From contig OZ024742.1 of assembly GCA_964016885.1 (NCBI GenBank), forward strand, positions 251,844,001 to 251,908,000: DNA of 64,000 bases, given 5' to 3'. Under the pieces are notes generated by a model, which was not told where the DNA came from, ran no database searches, and worked only from the letters and a program-made list of their open reading frames with translations. Every line of letters begins with the position of its first letter. Position 1 is the stretch's first letter. Below, in pieces: positions 1 through 12,222 of this stretch. Made by a program: the position numbers and the translations under genes. The stretch is from Eledone cirrhosa (taxonomy: Eukaryota).

Positions 1-51
1 TCGCGATCTTTAAAATATTTTCTAATAATTTAAGATTGAAATCCATTGTGG

Positions 52-980
52 ACATAGCATGGCTTGATGGTTCAGAGGTTCATTTTCAACTCATTAGGTC
101 CCTGGTTCAATCTTGGTGCAGAGCATTTTGGGAAAGTGTCATTTTCTATAGCTTCAGGTTGACCCATGTTTTATGAGTGAAATTGGGTAGGGGGAAACTG
201 TTTGGAAACATATCAGATGGATTGTATCTGAAGTTCTAAAGTCCAGCCTTATCACACACTCAGTTATATTGAATCTCCCTGAAAATTATATTAAGTGTAC
301 ATATCAACAGCTTCTTAAACATTAATTTCATGAGCAAGCTATTCCATTCATCAAACAACTGAAACTCTTATCGGTAAAATCAACAGAGGTCCATTCTATA
401 CCTGTCATGAATAATCTAATTTCACAGGATTGTTCTTTGTTACCCGAATTATTCAACTAATGCAGGCCTATCACCTTTCTTTTGTATCCTTATCTATTGT
501 GGATTTAGCATAGTTGTATCTTAAGAAGTTCATGACACAGTCATTAGATCCCACTCCATGGAATCTTGGGCAAGTATCATTTACCATAGACTTGGGTTAA
601 TTCATGCCATGTCAGTGAAATTTGGTAGACAGAAACTGTTTGGAAGCCCATGAGATTGATTATAACTATAATTCAAATGGACAGCCCTGTCTCTGTCATG
701 TTGAATCTCCCTGAGAATTATGTTAAGAGTACATGTCCGTGGAATGCTCAGTTACTTACACATTAATTTCACAAGGAGTCTATTCTGTTGATTGAACAAC
801 TGGAACACTCACTGTTGAAATTGACGAAGGTTCATTCCATACCTGTCATGTGTAATCCCACCTAATTACAGGGTATACATGTCTGTGGGATGCTCAGTCA
901 CTTGAATGTTAATTTTATGAACAGGCCGCTCCATTGATCAAACAACTGAAATACTCATTGTACAAACCAATGGAGGTCTA
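52..980 (+). mobile_element. Two and a partial degenerate tandem copies of a tRNA-derived SINE-like repeat
   Basis: ~55-420 and ~500-860 share ttggg(a/c)aagt.tcattt...gtgaaatt.ggtag..gaaactgtttggaa...ttgaatctccctga.aattat. A third partial copy lies at 866-980. B-box-like ggttcaatc at ~105. Confidence 0.55.
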
Positions 981-1133
981 TCAATCACAAATTGAAATTT
1001 CCTAAAACCTTCATATTAGGTCAAATATAAGAACACAGTTGATGATTCAGAATGAAGAATTGTTTAAGTAAAATATGTTTGAAAAGTAAAATAACTTTAA
1101 TATTGAAATGAAAACAAAGTAAAAATAGCTTAC

Positions 1134-1325
1134 CTGTTTGTATGTGTACAGATGAGGATTCTTGCAGTTGAATCATTTACCACAATTTCTGAGACTGCAG
1201 TAACCAATGTTTTAGTTTTACCAGTACCAAAAGAACCAAATACAACAAATGGAGGCCTAGGGTTCGTATATTTGGAAAGAATCTGTTTGACAGCGCATAC
1301 TTGGTCTTCATTTAGATATGTATGA
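1134..1325 (-). CDS. HELZ2: HELZ2-like helicase, exon G (Q motif, Walker A, motif Ia); not in the ORF track
   Basis: Manual translation HTYLNEDQVCAVKQILSKYTNPRPPFVVFGSFGTGKTKTLVTAVSEIVVNDSTARILICTHTN, matching the UPF1-like SF1 helicase motifs of HELZ/HELZ2 (G.FGTGKT...ILICTHTNS). Acceptor aatttatag|t and donor CAG|gtaag. Phase matches exon F across a ~30.8-kb intron. Confidence 0.88.
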
Positions 1326-1906
1326 CTATAAATTAATTAGAAGAAATTTGATCATTGAATAACAAAAATTTACAGATTAATGTAAGTATCTTTAGTCAGA
1401 TAGCCTAATTCCATAGTTTGCAGATTTTATGCATCTAATATTTATGTTTCACTACAATGACACAAGCCTGGTGAGCGGAAATGTGGGGTGCATGGAGATG
1501 GCTGGGTATGGAGATGGCTGCAATGTATATTATCTCACTAAATAGCAATTGGATGATTACTTGGGTTACAACTAAGGAAGTAAGAAAGAAGAGTGAACCA
1601 CTGCAAGGTAAGACATGGGCCTAACCGCTAAGTAAGCACAGCTCTGGGGTGTTTTTAAATGCTAATCGAGACAAGAAGAGGAGAGAAGTAGGCTTCACCA
1701 TCCACCCCTGGTCTATAATCTGGTTTTCTTAAGGACAAACTAGCTTCAACCTAATTCCTTTCGCACATAAAAATCAATACTAACTGATAAGTAAATAAGA
1801 CATACCTATTACTTCTATTTTTCCCCCTCTTAAGGGTACATATGTGTCTATGCATGTGTGTATGTATATACAGATGTGTGTGTATGTGCTTATATGTGTG
1901 CATGTG

Positions 1907-1939
<33 letters not shown>

Positions 1940-2527
1940 ATGTATATATATATATTTGTGTATATGTGTAAGTATGTAGATATGTGCGTGCAGGTGTGTA
2001 TTATATATTTACAATATGAATTATAATTGTTAACGTCCACAATTATAATTTTAACACCTCTATCGAGACATTTAATATTGATAAGCATGCACATTCCTAC
2101 ATGAACCAATATTTGTTTACATATGTGAATATTTCCCTAAAAACTCAAATACTACAGCAAAATGAGGAGTGGTAGTTACATATTAACACTACTGCCACTA
2201 AGGTCAACTAGGTCACCTAGACCAAAACACACCTATTTTCTAGGTATATACAGTTATTATAATTGGTTGTTAAAAAGATCCCTAACCAACTGACCTGTTT
2301 CTAGGACAACTGACCTAAGAAATTCAATAGACTTGTTATTGGAATGATAAGTATTTGACAAATGAGAGGAAGGTAAATTCTACCGATGCTTGAATTCGTT
2401 CATTCTAAATCATATGCCACCAGTTCTTTGAGAAAACAACACCATACTTCGGGAAAGGGCATATCAAAGGACCGAAATAACAGAAGTAAACTTTGTTCCA
2501 TCATTATGTTTTTATGTTTGAGCTCTA

Positions 2528-2586
2528 GCTGTCTGATGAGGTCATAGCTGTTGAATAATGGTTATCACTGAAATATATATTGCAGC
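2528..2586 (+). ncRNA. Type-I hammerhead ribozyme in a Penelope pLTR-like relic (~2150-2740)
   Basis: gctgt-CTGATGA-[ggtcatagctgtt gaat aatggttatcact]-GAAA-tatata-TT^-gcagc; stem I gctgt/gcagc. The tail caaccaacacatactcaaa resembles the tail at ~58557-58577. Confidence 0.7.
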
Positions 2587-2921
2587 AAATATGAATAAAA
2601 GAAGTTAATTTTAACCTGTTGACTTACACCTCTTGTTTTTAAATTATTCTGGAGTAAACAGACCCAGCTGCACACCTCGTTTAGTGCTCTACCCTGTAAA
2701 CTGAAGTGTCAGTAACCAACCAACACATACTCAAATTTATATGTATATATATAGTATAATTGAATATAAAAGAGAGATGAACACAGATATATACATATAT
2801 GTGTTCAAATCGTAAAGGACCAGATTCGATAGGGTGAAAAAGATACTAACTATGGTCAATAGGGTTTGCCAGACTCAATTTAAGAATAAATCAAGAAAAT
2901 ACAAACCGGAATTGTGGTAAC

Positions 2922-3000
2922 TACCAGACAGCATTTGGTGATGCTGTTTCGCAATCCAATTGCGAAGAGAATCACCAATTCTTATTGCTCATCAGTGGGT
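2922..3000 (-). ncRNA. Type-I hammerhead ribozyme with a stable stem III
   Basis: Minus strand: accca-CTGATGA-gcaat...attgc-GAAA-cagcat caccaa atgctg-TC^-tggta. Canonical core and GUC cleavage triplet. Confidence 0.75.
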
Positions 3001-3219
3001 GTAAAATTAGCAAACTTTTCACTTCTAAGTATCTCAGAAAAATGAATTGTAAGAGACTATTTTGAGTTTCGAACTCAATATATACTGTTGATATGTGTAT
3101 ATATATATTTATAATTATATAATAAACAACACAATATAATCATTCTATTACAAGTTAGACAATTCAAATAGAAACATCTGGTTCATTCATCAGGTGAAAT
3201 ATCTTATATATATATATAT

Positions 3220-3972
3220 AAGGCGCACAAGAAACGGGGACAAAACAAGGACACATGCCGGGGATTTTTCATACAATCGTGTAAAAATATGAAATAAACA
3301 AATATAACAATCGAAATCCCCAATAGGGGGAGGCGCCACAAATGGGTTGTTTAATACCCTGTAGATAGAACAACCCTCAACTTCAGGAGTGTGTTGTGCA
3401 AGTGCTCCTTTCTTCCTTTTGCTCTCTTCTTCAACCTACAGGTTTATATACAGAGAAGGCCCAATCACTCGGGCCATTTTTGCCACATTCACCCACCTTT
3501 CAGTAAATTTACTGTGGTGCAGTGCCTCTCTCTCCACTCTGATTCACCTTCTAAAGTGGTACCTAAAGAAGGGAATGAGTTGTTGTCCGGAGAGAAAGGC
3601 ATCTGTCCTCAGTCCTCTCAATCTCGTCCACCATATAACCTCTTTCACCATAGCCACTATACAGAGGAAAACCTCTTCTCTTTCGTTTTTGAAAGAAGTT
3701 GCTGGTTTGATCCTTACTATGGACTCGGCAGTCAACTGGATTTGTCCCATACACGACAGCAGTTGTTCTGCGTAGTTCCACAGGTCGGTTACGCTCGGGC
3801 AGTGTACAATTGCGTGCAAGACAGTTTCAATGTCCTGCCCGCATCTTGGACACGTCCTCTTGGAAGGATCCCTGCCGGGGCGTCCGTGCCTGTAGATCTT
3901 GTCACAAACTGGTAGAGCTCCTCGGTAGCACTGCCAAGCCAGGGACCTCTGGAAGTTCTACCAAACAGACTG
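3220..3972 (-). mobile_element. 3' fragment of an L1/Tx1-clade LINE (C-terminal CCHC zf-RVT domain)
   Basis: Minus-strand frame NFQRSLAWQCYRGALPVCDKIYRHG...CPRCGQDIETVLHAIVHCPSVTDLW...KEVIWWTR, flanked by TA-rich tracts. Confidence 0.7.
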
Positions 3973-4066
3973 GTGATAGATAGATATAAATATAAATACA
4001 AATATATATATAAGATGATGATGATATATATGTATACACATATATATATATAAATATATACATCAT

Positions 4067-4222
4067 TTCATCATCATCATTTCATTTTATGTCCGCTTTT
4101 TCCCTGCTTGCAAGGGTGGGACGGGAACTGATTCTGGCTTGATTTCTACAGCTGGATGCCCTTCCTAACACCTACCTCATTTACAGTGAGTGCTGGGTGC
4201 TTTTATGCCGTGGCACCTCCAC

Positions 4223-4225
<3 letters not shown>
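4067..4225 (-). mobile_element. Short non-autonomous RTE derivative (RTE-B 5'-UTR motif plus RTE-B 3' tail)
   Basis: tccgctttttccctgcttgcaagggtgggacggg matches the RTE-B 3' end at ~21082-21116. ggatgcccttcctaacacc...ctgggtgctttta matches the RTE-B upstream region at ~23890-23945. (CAT)n tail. Confidence 0.7.
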
Positions 4226-4270
<45 letters not shown>

Positions 4271-4657
4271 TCATTTATTATACATAATTGCAACAAAGCT
4301 GTGTTGTTGCACTTATGTATAATAAATGAAGAATTAAAAATAGAAGTTAGGAATATTCGCCATCTGTGGTCTACTAGCCATCATAGGTATTTCTTCGCAT
4401 TACAGACCATATACCTCCAGCTTGGGCGATGCAATAACTAAATTAAGTTATTGGGATAAAAAGAGTTGGGTCGAGAAAGAGAGACATGTTAACAAATACG
4501 AATGGTGAGGCAATGTAAAGAGAGGAAAAAATGAGAAAATCAAGTTAATAATTCTTTCTTTTCGAACATAAGAACGTGCGAATATTGACGAGAAGTCAAA
4601 GACGAGTCATTCACAGATTTGCATTTGATGTGTAAATACAGATAGTTAAATCTTCTC

Positions 4658-4740
4658 CCTTGCTGAAGATCCGGGATTTGACTACTATGAGTTTACGGAT
4701 TAATGGTGAAATATATTTCTTTAATGAAATATATTCAAGG
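4658..4740 (+). ncRNA. Putative type-I hammerhead ribozyme with branched stem II, in a pLTR-like relic
   Basis: ccttg-CTGAAGA-tccg...cgga-ttaat...ttaat-GAAA-tata-TT^-caagg; stem I ccttg/caagg. Confidence 0.5.
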
Positions 4741-4918
4741 AAGATCAATCATTTTTAAAAGGTAATATTTGAAGTTCTAGTTAAACTTTAATTAGTTACC
4801 TACATAGCTGTGTGCGCTTACATACTTTACAAATTATCCCCTGTGGTTGTTTCATGTGTTTATTTTAAATATATATATATATCAATCAATTTCTAGTTGA
4901 TATAATATAATATATATA

Positions 4919-4971
<53 letters not shown>

Positions 4972-5010
4972 GATATTAATAAATGGAAACTATATTTATA
5001 AAACCATATT

Positions 5011-5075
5011 TATTTCATTATATATATTTCAAGGATACCAAGTTACATTATGGTATGCCTTCATCAGACAAAATA
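5011..5075 (-). ncRNA. Hammerhead ribozyme in the inverted pLTR
   Basis: Reverse complement of 6931-6995. Confidence 0.8.
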
Positions 5076-6930
5076 CAATATATAACAGTTTTATAAATAG
5101 ACATTGACGTACCCCTTTTAAAAATTGACCGTTGTTTTTGGAGGCCATCAGGATAGTGATTTGTTTACTTTAGTAAGTCATAGTGTTAAGAGTAAGTAAA
5201 AAGATGGAGAGAGAGAGAGAGAAACGTGGAGGAAAGAAAGGGAGAGATAGATAAAGAAAAAGAAAAGAGAACAGAGGAAAAATAACGGGGAATATCAAAC
5301 CATCAGACAGAAAACATCCAGAGAGAGATATATAGAGATAGAGAGATTGGGATGAAAAGCATAAATAAAATTAGAAATATTAATATTCATGAATGGAATA
5401 TAGATATATAATATGAGAAATTACACATTGTTTAATTACGATTAGATATTTAGTTTAAAATTGAGATCAATATATTAAAAATTGGAATTTAAACATTATA
5501 AAATATATATATTGCTAGGGAGATTATCTATCGCATATTACATACACATAGGCAAAGGTACATAAATATATATATATACACACTCACTCAGAAAATACAC
5601 ACTATATCTACTCCCGCACATAATATATATATACAAAGCATAAGTGATTTTTGCCATACATTCCCTGTGTTATTAATTAAAAATTAAAAGTTTTTAGTAT
5701 ATATAGGATTAACTTTCATGCATTTTATTTTTTATTAGATTCATTTTATTTTTTATTTTTATTAGATTTGTTTTTATTCTGATAGCTTCTCATAATGTTA
5801 CTAGATTTATTTTTATTCTGATAGCTTCTCATAATTTTCAAAAGTTTGTCCTTTCAATATCTTGATTAAAATATACGTAAGATTAATTTCTATAATAAAT
5901 ATATTAAACATTATTTTAACTTAAAATATTCTATAGTATTTTGGGATATTTTAGTATTTTGATATTTGTGGAATTCGTTTGCTTTTTAAGTTATATTGAT
6001 ATAATTATATTTCCAAAATATAATCCTTTTGTATTTTATATACTCAATTGTACTATGTTATATGTTGAGTGACGCGTGTATACCAATTGAAGATGCACAC
6101 ACATATCTATTCATGTATAGCTAAGAATTATGGATGTGAATGTACAGGCTTACACATGCAGTTTTTGATTGCAGATATGCATAACTTAACAGCCATAAAT
6201 GCATGAAAGTTAATCCTGTATATTTATATATATATACTAAAAACTTTTAATTTTTAATTAATAACACAAGGAATGTATGGCAAAAAATCACTTATGCTTT
6301 GTATATATATATTATGTGCGGGAGTAGATATAGTGTGTATTTTCTGAGTGAGTGTGTATATATATATATATTTATGTACCTTTGCCTATGTGTATGTAAT
6401 ATGCGATAGATAATCTCTCTAGCAATATATATATTTTATAATGTTTAAATTCCAATTTTTAATATATTGATCTCAATTTTAAACTAAATATCTAATCATA
6501 ATTAAACAATGTGTAATTTCTCGTATTATATATCTATATTCCATTCATGAATATTAATATTTCTAATTTTATTTATGCTTTTCATCCCAATTGTTAACTC
6601 AACTTAATATGACATAACTTAAGGCTTTCGTTCTCTCCCCCCTCTCTCTATCTCTATATATCTCTCTCTGGATGTTTTCTCTGTCTAATGGTTTGATATC
6701 TCCCCGTTATTTTTCCTCTGTTCTCTTTTCTTTTTGTTTTCTTCTTTTTCTTTATCTATCTCTCCCTTTCTTTTCTCCACGTTTCTCTCTCTCTCTCTCC
6801 ATCTTTTTACTTACTCTTAACACTATGACTTACTAAAGTAAACAAATCACTATCCTGATGGCCTCCAAAAACAACGGTCAATTTTTAAAAGGGGTACGTC
6901 AATGTCTATTTATAAAACTGTTATATATTG

Positions 6931-6995
6931 TATTTTGTCTGATGAAGGCATACCATAATGTAACTTGGTATCCTTGAAATATATATAATGAAATA
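6931..6995 (+). ncRNA. Minimal type-I hammerhead ribozyme in the Penelope pLTR
   Basis: tattttgt-CTGATGA-aggcatacca...tggtatcctt-GAAA-tatata-TA^-atgaaata. 8-bp stem I with G-U pairs and a palindromic minimal stem III, as known for PLE hammerheads. Confidence 0.82.
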
Positions 6996-7173
6996 AATAT
7001 GGTTTTATAAATATAGTTTCCATTTATTAATATCGTATATCTACTCCAAATATTTGTTGAGTGCTTTATATCAGTTATAAAAATATTTGCTTGTTGTATC
7101 CCAACAATTTAAATAAAACTTTTGCATATACTCTGCTCCTGTATTGTTGAGCGCTTTACATTATAACTGAAAA

Positions 7174-9402
7174 ATGGAATTCTTTAAGATCTCTTCTTCT
7201 CTAAAAGACATACCTCTACCTAGGAATAAAGATTTTATTAAACAATTAATAGAAAAATCAGACTCTTTTATAAGAAGAATCAGGTGGCGTGCTTTCCACT
7301 TCAATAAATCTAATCTAAGTGAAAATGATTCAAATCTGGATAGAATCTTCAAATCTAAAAAAAATCCACTCCCCAACAAACTACTAATGGATTTTGAAAA
7401 TGATATCGTATCTATCATCCAAAGCATCAAATTCAAAAACAACTTCAAAGGCCAAGATTACTTAAGAGATATTAAAGATAAGATTGAAAACTTGGAGAAA
7501 ACGGAGAAAATTCTAGTCAAGTCGGACAAAACTAATAATCTTTACGGAATACAAAAGGACATCTATAACGACCTTATATTGAAGGAACTAAGGAAGAAAT
7601 ATAAAGTAGCAAATAAGGACGAACTTGAAAAACTGAATACAGATGCCTCTTGTATAATGCATGAACTAGACATTGAAAATAAAACACAACCCTTAATGCC
7701 AAAGAAACCTAAGATCAATATGAAGGATCATAAAAGAAACTTTGAAAATGATTTACCAGTCAGATTAATTGCACCATCTAAATCTGACCTGGGCAGACTT
7801 AGCAAAAATATTCTAGACAGAGTAATACAACAAATTAAGAATTTACCTAATTTATCTTACTTAAAATTATGGAAAGGGACTAGTGAGGTTATCGATTGGT
7901 TTAAAGAAATTAAATATAACTATAATAATAAGTTTATTCAGTTGGATATTGCTAACTACTACTCATCTATCACTCCTAATCTACTGAATAAGGCACTAAC
8001 TTACGCATTTAAACATACAGACCTAACTAGCAATGAAATGCACATTATATTATCGGCACGGAAAACATTAATAGAATTAAATAACCAACTCTGGACTAGG
8101 GCAGATAGAAATAATAATTTCGACATAACTATGGGATCTTCAGACTCAGCTCAGGTAACGGACCTTGTGGGCCTATTTATAATTAATTCTCTACATAGAA
8201 AAATACCAGATGTAACCGGAGGCTTATATCGTGACGACATGCTTTTACTTATAGAAAATAATAGCTGTGAACTAAATAGAAAAAGAAAACAAATTATACA
8301 ATTTTTTAATTACCTTAATCTAAAAGTAGAAATAGAGAATAACCATAAAATAGTCAATTTTCTAGATGTAACACTAAATCTCAACACATGTCTTCATTAT
8401 CCATTTCACAAACTAAATGAGAACTTAAATTATGTCAATTTTAACTCTAATCACCCCAGATCCGTTAAAAATACTATAGTGAACTCTGTTCAAAAACGAA
8501 TTTCAAGAATTTTATCTAATAAGAATATATTTGATGAAAAAGCGCATTATTACAATGAAGCGTTAGGTAGAGCTGGGTATAGAAATAAAATTAAATACAT
8601 CGATAATAATAATAATATACAAAATAACCAAAATAATAACAACTTTAATTACGGTAACAATTTTAACAACCATAATAGAAAATATTACTATAACTCCGAA
8701 AGCCGAAAAAGAAATAGAACTAGGAATATATTATGGTTCGCTCCCCCTTTCTCACTAAATATTAAAACCCCTATTGCTAAACTATTCTTTAAAGCTCTTG
8801 ACAAACGTTTCCCTAGAACACATAAATATTACTCAATTTTTAATAGACATACTATAAAATTAACCTACTCTTCCACCAAAAATTTAGCGCAAAATATTAA
8901 TAGAATTAATAATAGAAATTTAAAACCTAACCAAAATACCAATAATAACCCAAGCAATATTCAATCGAATAACTGTAACTGTAGAAATAAATCCAACTGT
9001 CCGTTAAATAACAACTGCTTAGCTAAAAATGTAGTTTATAATTGTAATGTTAAAACTAATTTAAATTCATTTAACTATGTCGGTTCTACCTCTACAGAAT
9101 TTAAATCCCGCTTCAATAATCATAAAAATTCTTTTACAGATCCAAACAAAAAATCTTCAACTTCGCTATCTAGCCTATTATGGGACCTAAAACGAGATAA
9201 TGTTGAATATTCGCTGATTTGGAATATTATTTCAAAAGCTACTCCTTTTAATTCCTCTTCAGAAAATTGTGACCTTTGTATAGAGGAAATATTTTTTATA
9301 TTAAAGACCAAAAATTCCCTTAATTTAAGGAATAATTTATTCAGTTGCTGCAGACATAGATTGAACTCAACGTTTAAATATAAATATAAATTTAAAATGT
9401 AG
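7174..9402 (+). CDS. Penelope-like reverse transcriptase - GIY-YIG endonuclease polyprotein (742 aa, uninterrupted)
   Basis: KSDKTNNLY, KDHK...P.RLI.P, FIQLDIANYYSSI, MGS, GGLYRDD (RT catalytic), FLDV, NHP; Asn-rich linker; CNCRNKSNCPLNNNC; VVY...YVGST...FKSRFNNH (GIY-YIG); CDLC...CCRH. The pattern is typical of Naiad-clade PLEs. Confidence 0.92.
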   Translation: MEFFKISSSLKDIPLPRNKDFIKQLIEKSDSFIRRIRWRAFHFNKSNLSENDSNLDRIFKSKKNPLPNKLLMDFENDIVSIIQSIKFKNNFKGQDYLRDIKDKIENLEKTEKILVKSDKTNNLYGIQKDIYNDLILKELRKKYKVANKDELEKLNTDASCIMHELDIENKTQPLMPKKPKINMKDHKRNFENDLPVRLIAPSKSDLGRLSKNILDRVIQQIKNLPNLSYLKLWKGTSEVIDWFKEIKYNYNNKFIQLDIANYYSSITPNLLNKALTYAFKHTDLTSNEMHIILSARKTLIELNNQLWTRADRNNNFDITMGSSDSAQVTDLVGLFIINSLHRKIPDVTGGLYRDDMLLLIENNSCELNRKRKQIIQFFNYLNLKVEIENNHKIVNFLDVTLNLNTCLHYPFHKLNENLNYVNFNSNHPRSVKNTIVNSVQKRISRILSNKNIFDEKAHYYNEALGRAGYRNKIKYIDNNNNIQNNQNNNNFNYGNNFNNHNRKYYYNSESRKRNRTRNILWFAPPFSLNIKTPIAKLFFKALDKRFPRTHKYYSIFNRHTIKLTYSSTKNLAQNINRINNRNLKPNQNTNNNPSNIQSNNCNCRNKSNCPLNNNCLAKNVVYNCNVKTNLNSFNYVGSTSTEFKSRFNNHKNSFTDPNKKSSTSLSSLLWDLKRDNVEYSLIWNIISKATPFNSSSENCDLCIEEIFFILKTKNSLNLRNNLFSCCRHRLNSTFKYKYKFKM

Positions 9403-10626
9403 TTTAATTAATTAATTAATTTAGTTAATATATCTAGCCTGTCGATAAATCATTAGATTCCTTCACCTTTTTCATTTTCTTTGGTTAAGTACCCAAGTAT
9501 AAATTTTCTTCATAAATATAATTATAAATATAATAAACTATTCTAGAAAAGTTTATCCTTTCAATATCTTGAATAAAATATACGTAAGATAAATTTCTAT
9601 ACTAAATATATTATTTTAGTTTAAAATATTCTATATTTTAAGAGTTTTTAAAATTTTAAAAAAATTTTAAAAAATTTTTGAAATTTTTGAAATTTTAAAG
9701 GTTTTTTTTTTAATTTTTGGAATTTTTTTGAAATTTTTTTAAATTTTTTAAAAATTTTTTATTTTTAATTTTTATTTTTAAACTTTTTAATATTTTTTTT
9801 AATATTTTGATATCTGTAGAATTCTTGTTTTTTAAGTTATATTGATATAATATTTTATTTTTTATTAGATTTATTTTTATTAGATTCATTTTATTTTTAT
9901 TAGATTCATTTTATTTTTTTTATTAGATTCATTTTATTTTTTATTAGATTCATTTTATTTTTTATTTTTATTAGATTTGTTTTTATTCTGATAGCTTCTC
10001 ATAATTTTTACTAGATTTATTTTTATTCTGATAGCTTCTCATAATTTTCAAAAGTTTGTCCTTTCAATATCTTGATTAAAATATACGTAAGATTAATTTC
10101 TATAATAAATATATTAAACATATTATTTTAACTTAAAATATTCTATAGTATTTTGGGATATTTTAGTATTTTGATATTTGTGGAATTCGTTTGCTTTTTA
10201 AGTTATATTGATATAATTATATTTCCAAAATATAATCCTTTTGTATTTTATATACTCAATTGTACTATGTTATATGTTGATTATATCTATATACGGCTAA
10301 TGTATCTATATGTGTGTGTTGACATACATATACATGTGCTATATGCTTTTTTATGATTATATGTCTGTCTGTATATATGCATGAGTGACGCGTGTATACC
10401 AATTGAAGATGCACACACATATCTATTCATGTATAGCTAAGAATTATGGATGTGAATGTACAGGCTTACACATGCAGTTTTTGATTGCATATATGCATAA
10501 CTTAACAGCCATAAATGAATGAAAGTTAATCCTATATATTTATATATATATACTAAAAACTTTTAATTTTTAATTAATAACACAGGGAATGTATGGCAAA
10601 AAATCATTTTTGTATATATATATATA

Positions 10627-11862
10627 TATTTTGTATTTTTGTTAATCGCTTGTTAAATGCAAGGACCCCATTCAATCATTACCTTCTTGCTAGCTATTTT
10701 CAAACCTTAATTCCTAACGTATTTTCAAACCTCAATCCCTAATTCTAGCGTATCTTCAAAACAAAAAAAACAAAATCCTTTCCTTCTTCCTTCTTCGAAG
10801 GCACGGGGCGGTCAAACGCCTAACACACACAGCCATCATGTGGCCACCCCCCCCTCTCTCTCTCTCTATATATATATATATATCTATATATATATATATA
10901 TATATGATAGGAATTCACTTCGCCATATTTCATTGCTTGCTGTCTAACCCACGATATTCATGTAAACGTAATGTACGGACTTCATTTCTCTCCCTCCACA
11001 AATCCTAATTCTAGCGTATTTTCAAAACAATCCATATTTCGTATCAAGTCCAAATAGCCAATCTATCGCTAAAACAAACTACATTTTCTGTTTCTATTAA
11101 TTGTTAAATACGAAAGTTTTTGGGCGTATTTAACAGAACAAATTTTGTATTTTTGTTAATCGCTTGTTAAATGCAAGGACCCCATTCAATCATTACCTTC
11201 TTGCTAGCTATTTTCAAACCTTAATTCCTAACGTATTTTCAAACCTCAATCCCTAATTCTAGCGTATCTTCAAAACAAAAAAAACAAAATCCTTTCCTTC
11301 TTCCTTCTTCGAAGGCACGGGGCGGTCAAACGCCTAACACACACAGCCATCATGTGGCCACCCCCCCCTCTCTCTCTCTCTCTATATCTCTATATATATA
11401 TATATATGATAGGAATTCACTTCGCCATATTTCATTGCTTGCTGTCTAACCCACGATATTCATGTAAACGTAATGTACGGACTTCATTTCTCTCCCTCCA
11501 CAAATCCTAATTCTAGCGTATTTTCAAAACAATCCATATTTCGTATCAAGTCCAAATAGCCAATCTATCGCTAAAACAAACTACATTTTCTGTTTCTATT
11601 AATTGTTAAATACGAAAGTTTTTGGGCGTATTTAACAGAACAAATTTTGTATTTTTGTTAATCGCTTGTTAAATGCAAGGACCCCATTCAATCATTACCT
11701 TCTTGCTAGCTATTTTCAAACCTTAATTCCTAACGTATTTTCAAACCTCAATCCCTAATTCTAGCGTATCTTCAAAACAAAAAAAACAAAATCCTTTCCT
11801 TCTTCCTTCTTCGAAGGCACGGGGCGGTCAAACGCCTAACACACACAGCCATCATGTGGCCA

Positions 11863-11895
<33 letters not shown>

Positions 11896-12222
11896 ATATC
11901 TCTATATATATATATATATGATAGGAATTCACTTCGCCATATTTCATTGCTTGCTGTCTAACCCACGATATTCATGTAAACGTAATGTACGGACTTCATT
12001 TCTCTCCCTCCACAAATCCTAATTCTAGCGTATTTTCAAAACAATCCATATTTCGTATCAAGTCCAAATAGCCAATCTATCGCTAAAACAAACTACATTT
12101 TCTGTTTCTATTAATTGTTAAATACGAAAGTTTTTGGGCGTATTTAACAGAACAAATTTTGTATTTTTGTTAATCGCTTGTTAAATGCAAGGACCCCATT
12201 CAATCATTACCTTCTTGCTAGC
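10627..12222 (+). repeat. ~510-bp tandem monomer array forming the RTE-A 5' end
   Basis: ttgtatttttgttaatcgcttgttaaatgcaaggacc recurs at 10631, 11145, 11647 and 12159. Unit length varies with an internal (CT)n(TA)n tract. Confidence 0.9.

Larger units (their letters stand above)
4965..10607 (+). mobile_element. Penelope-like retroelement (Naiad-type) with inverted 5' pLTR, direct pLTR, intact ORF and 3' repeat
   Basis: 4965-~5720 is the reverse complement of ~6200-7040. ~5720-6290 recurs at ~9900-10607. RT + GIY-YIG ORF at 7174-9402, hammerheads in the pLTRs, flanked by (TA)n. The 3' repeat is cut short where the RTE insertion begins. Confidence 0.9.

Noticed and set aside
1780-2109. ORFs rich in YIYI/THTH/VCVC (also 4190, 24113, 53468-53984, 57935, 58474-58742)
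   Set aside because: These are translations of (TA)n and (CA)n microsatellites.
3389-3915. Plus-strand ORFs of 128 and 174 aa
   Set aside because: They are antisense to the Tx1-like LINE fragment and show no recognisable motifs.
7174-9402. Selenocysteine recoding, reported for some Naiad elements
   Set aside because: The ORF is continuous with no in-frame TGA, so no recoding is needed.
10790-10860. HDV-like ribozyme in the RTE 5' monomer
   Set aside because: Only small hairpins (ggcg/cgcc, gcca/tggc) are visible; I could not build the nested double pseudoknot by eye.
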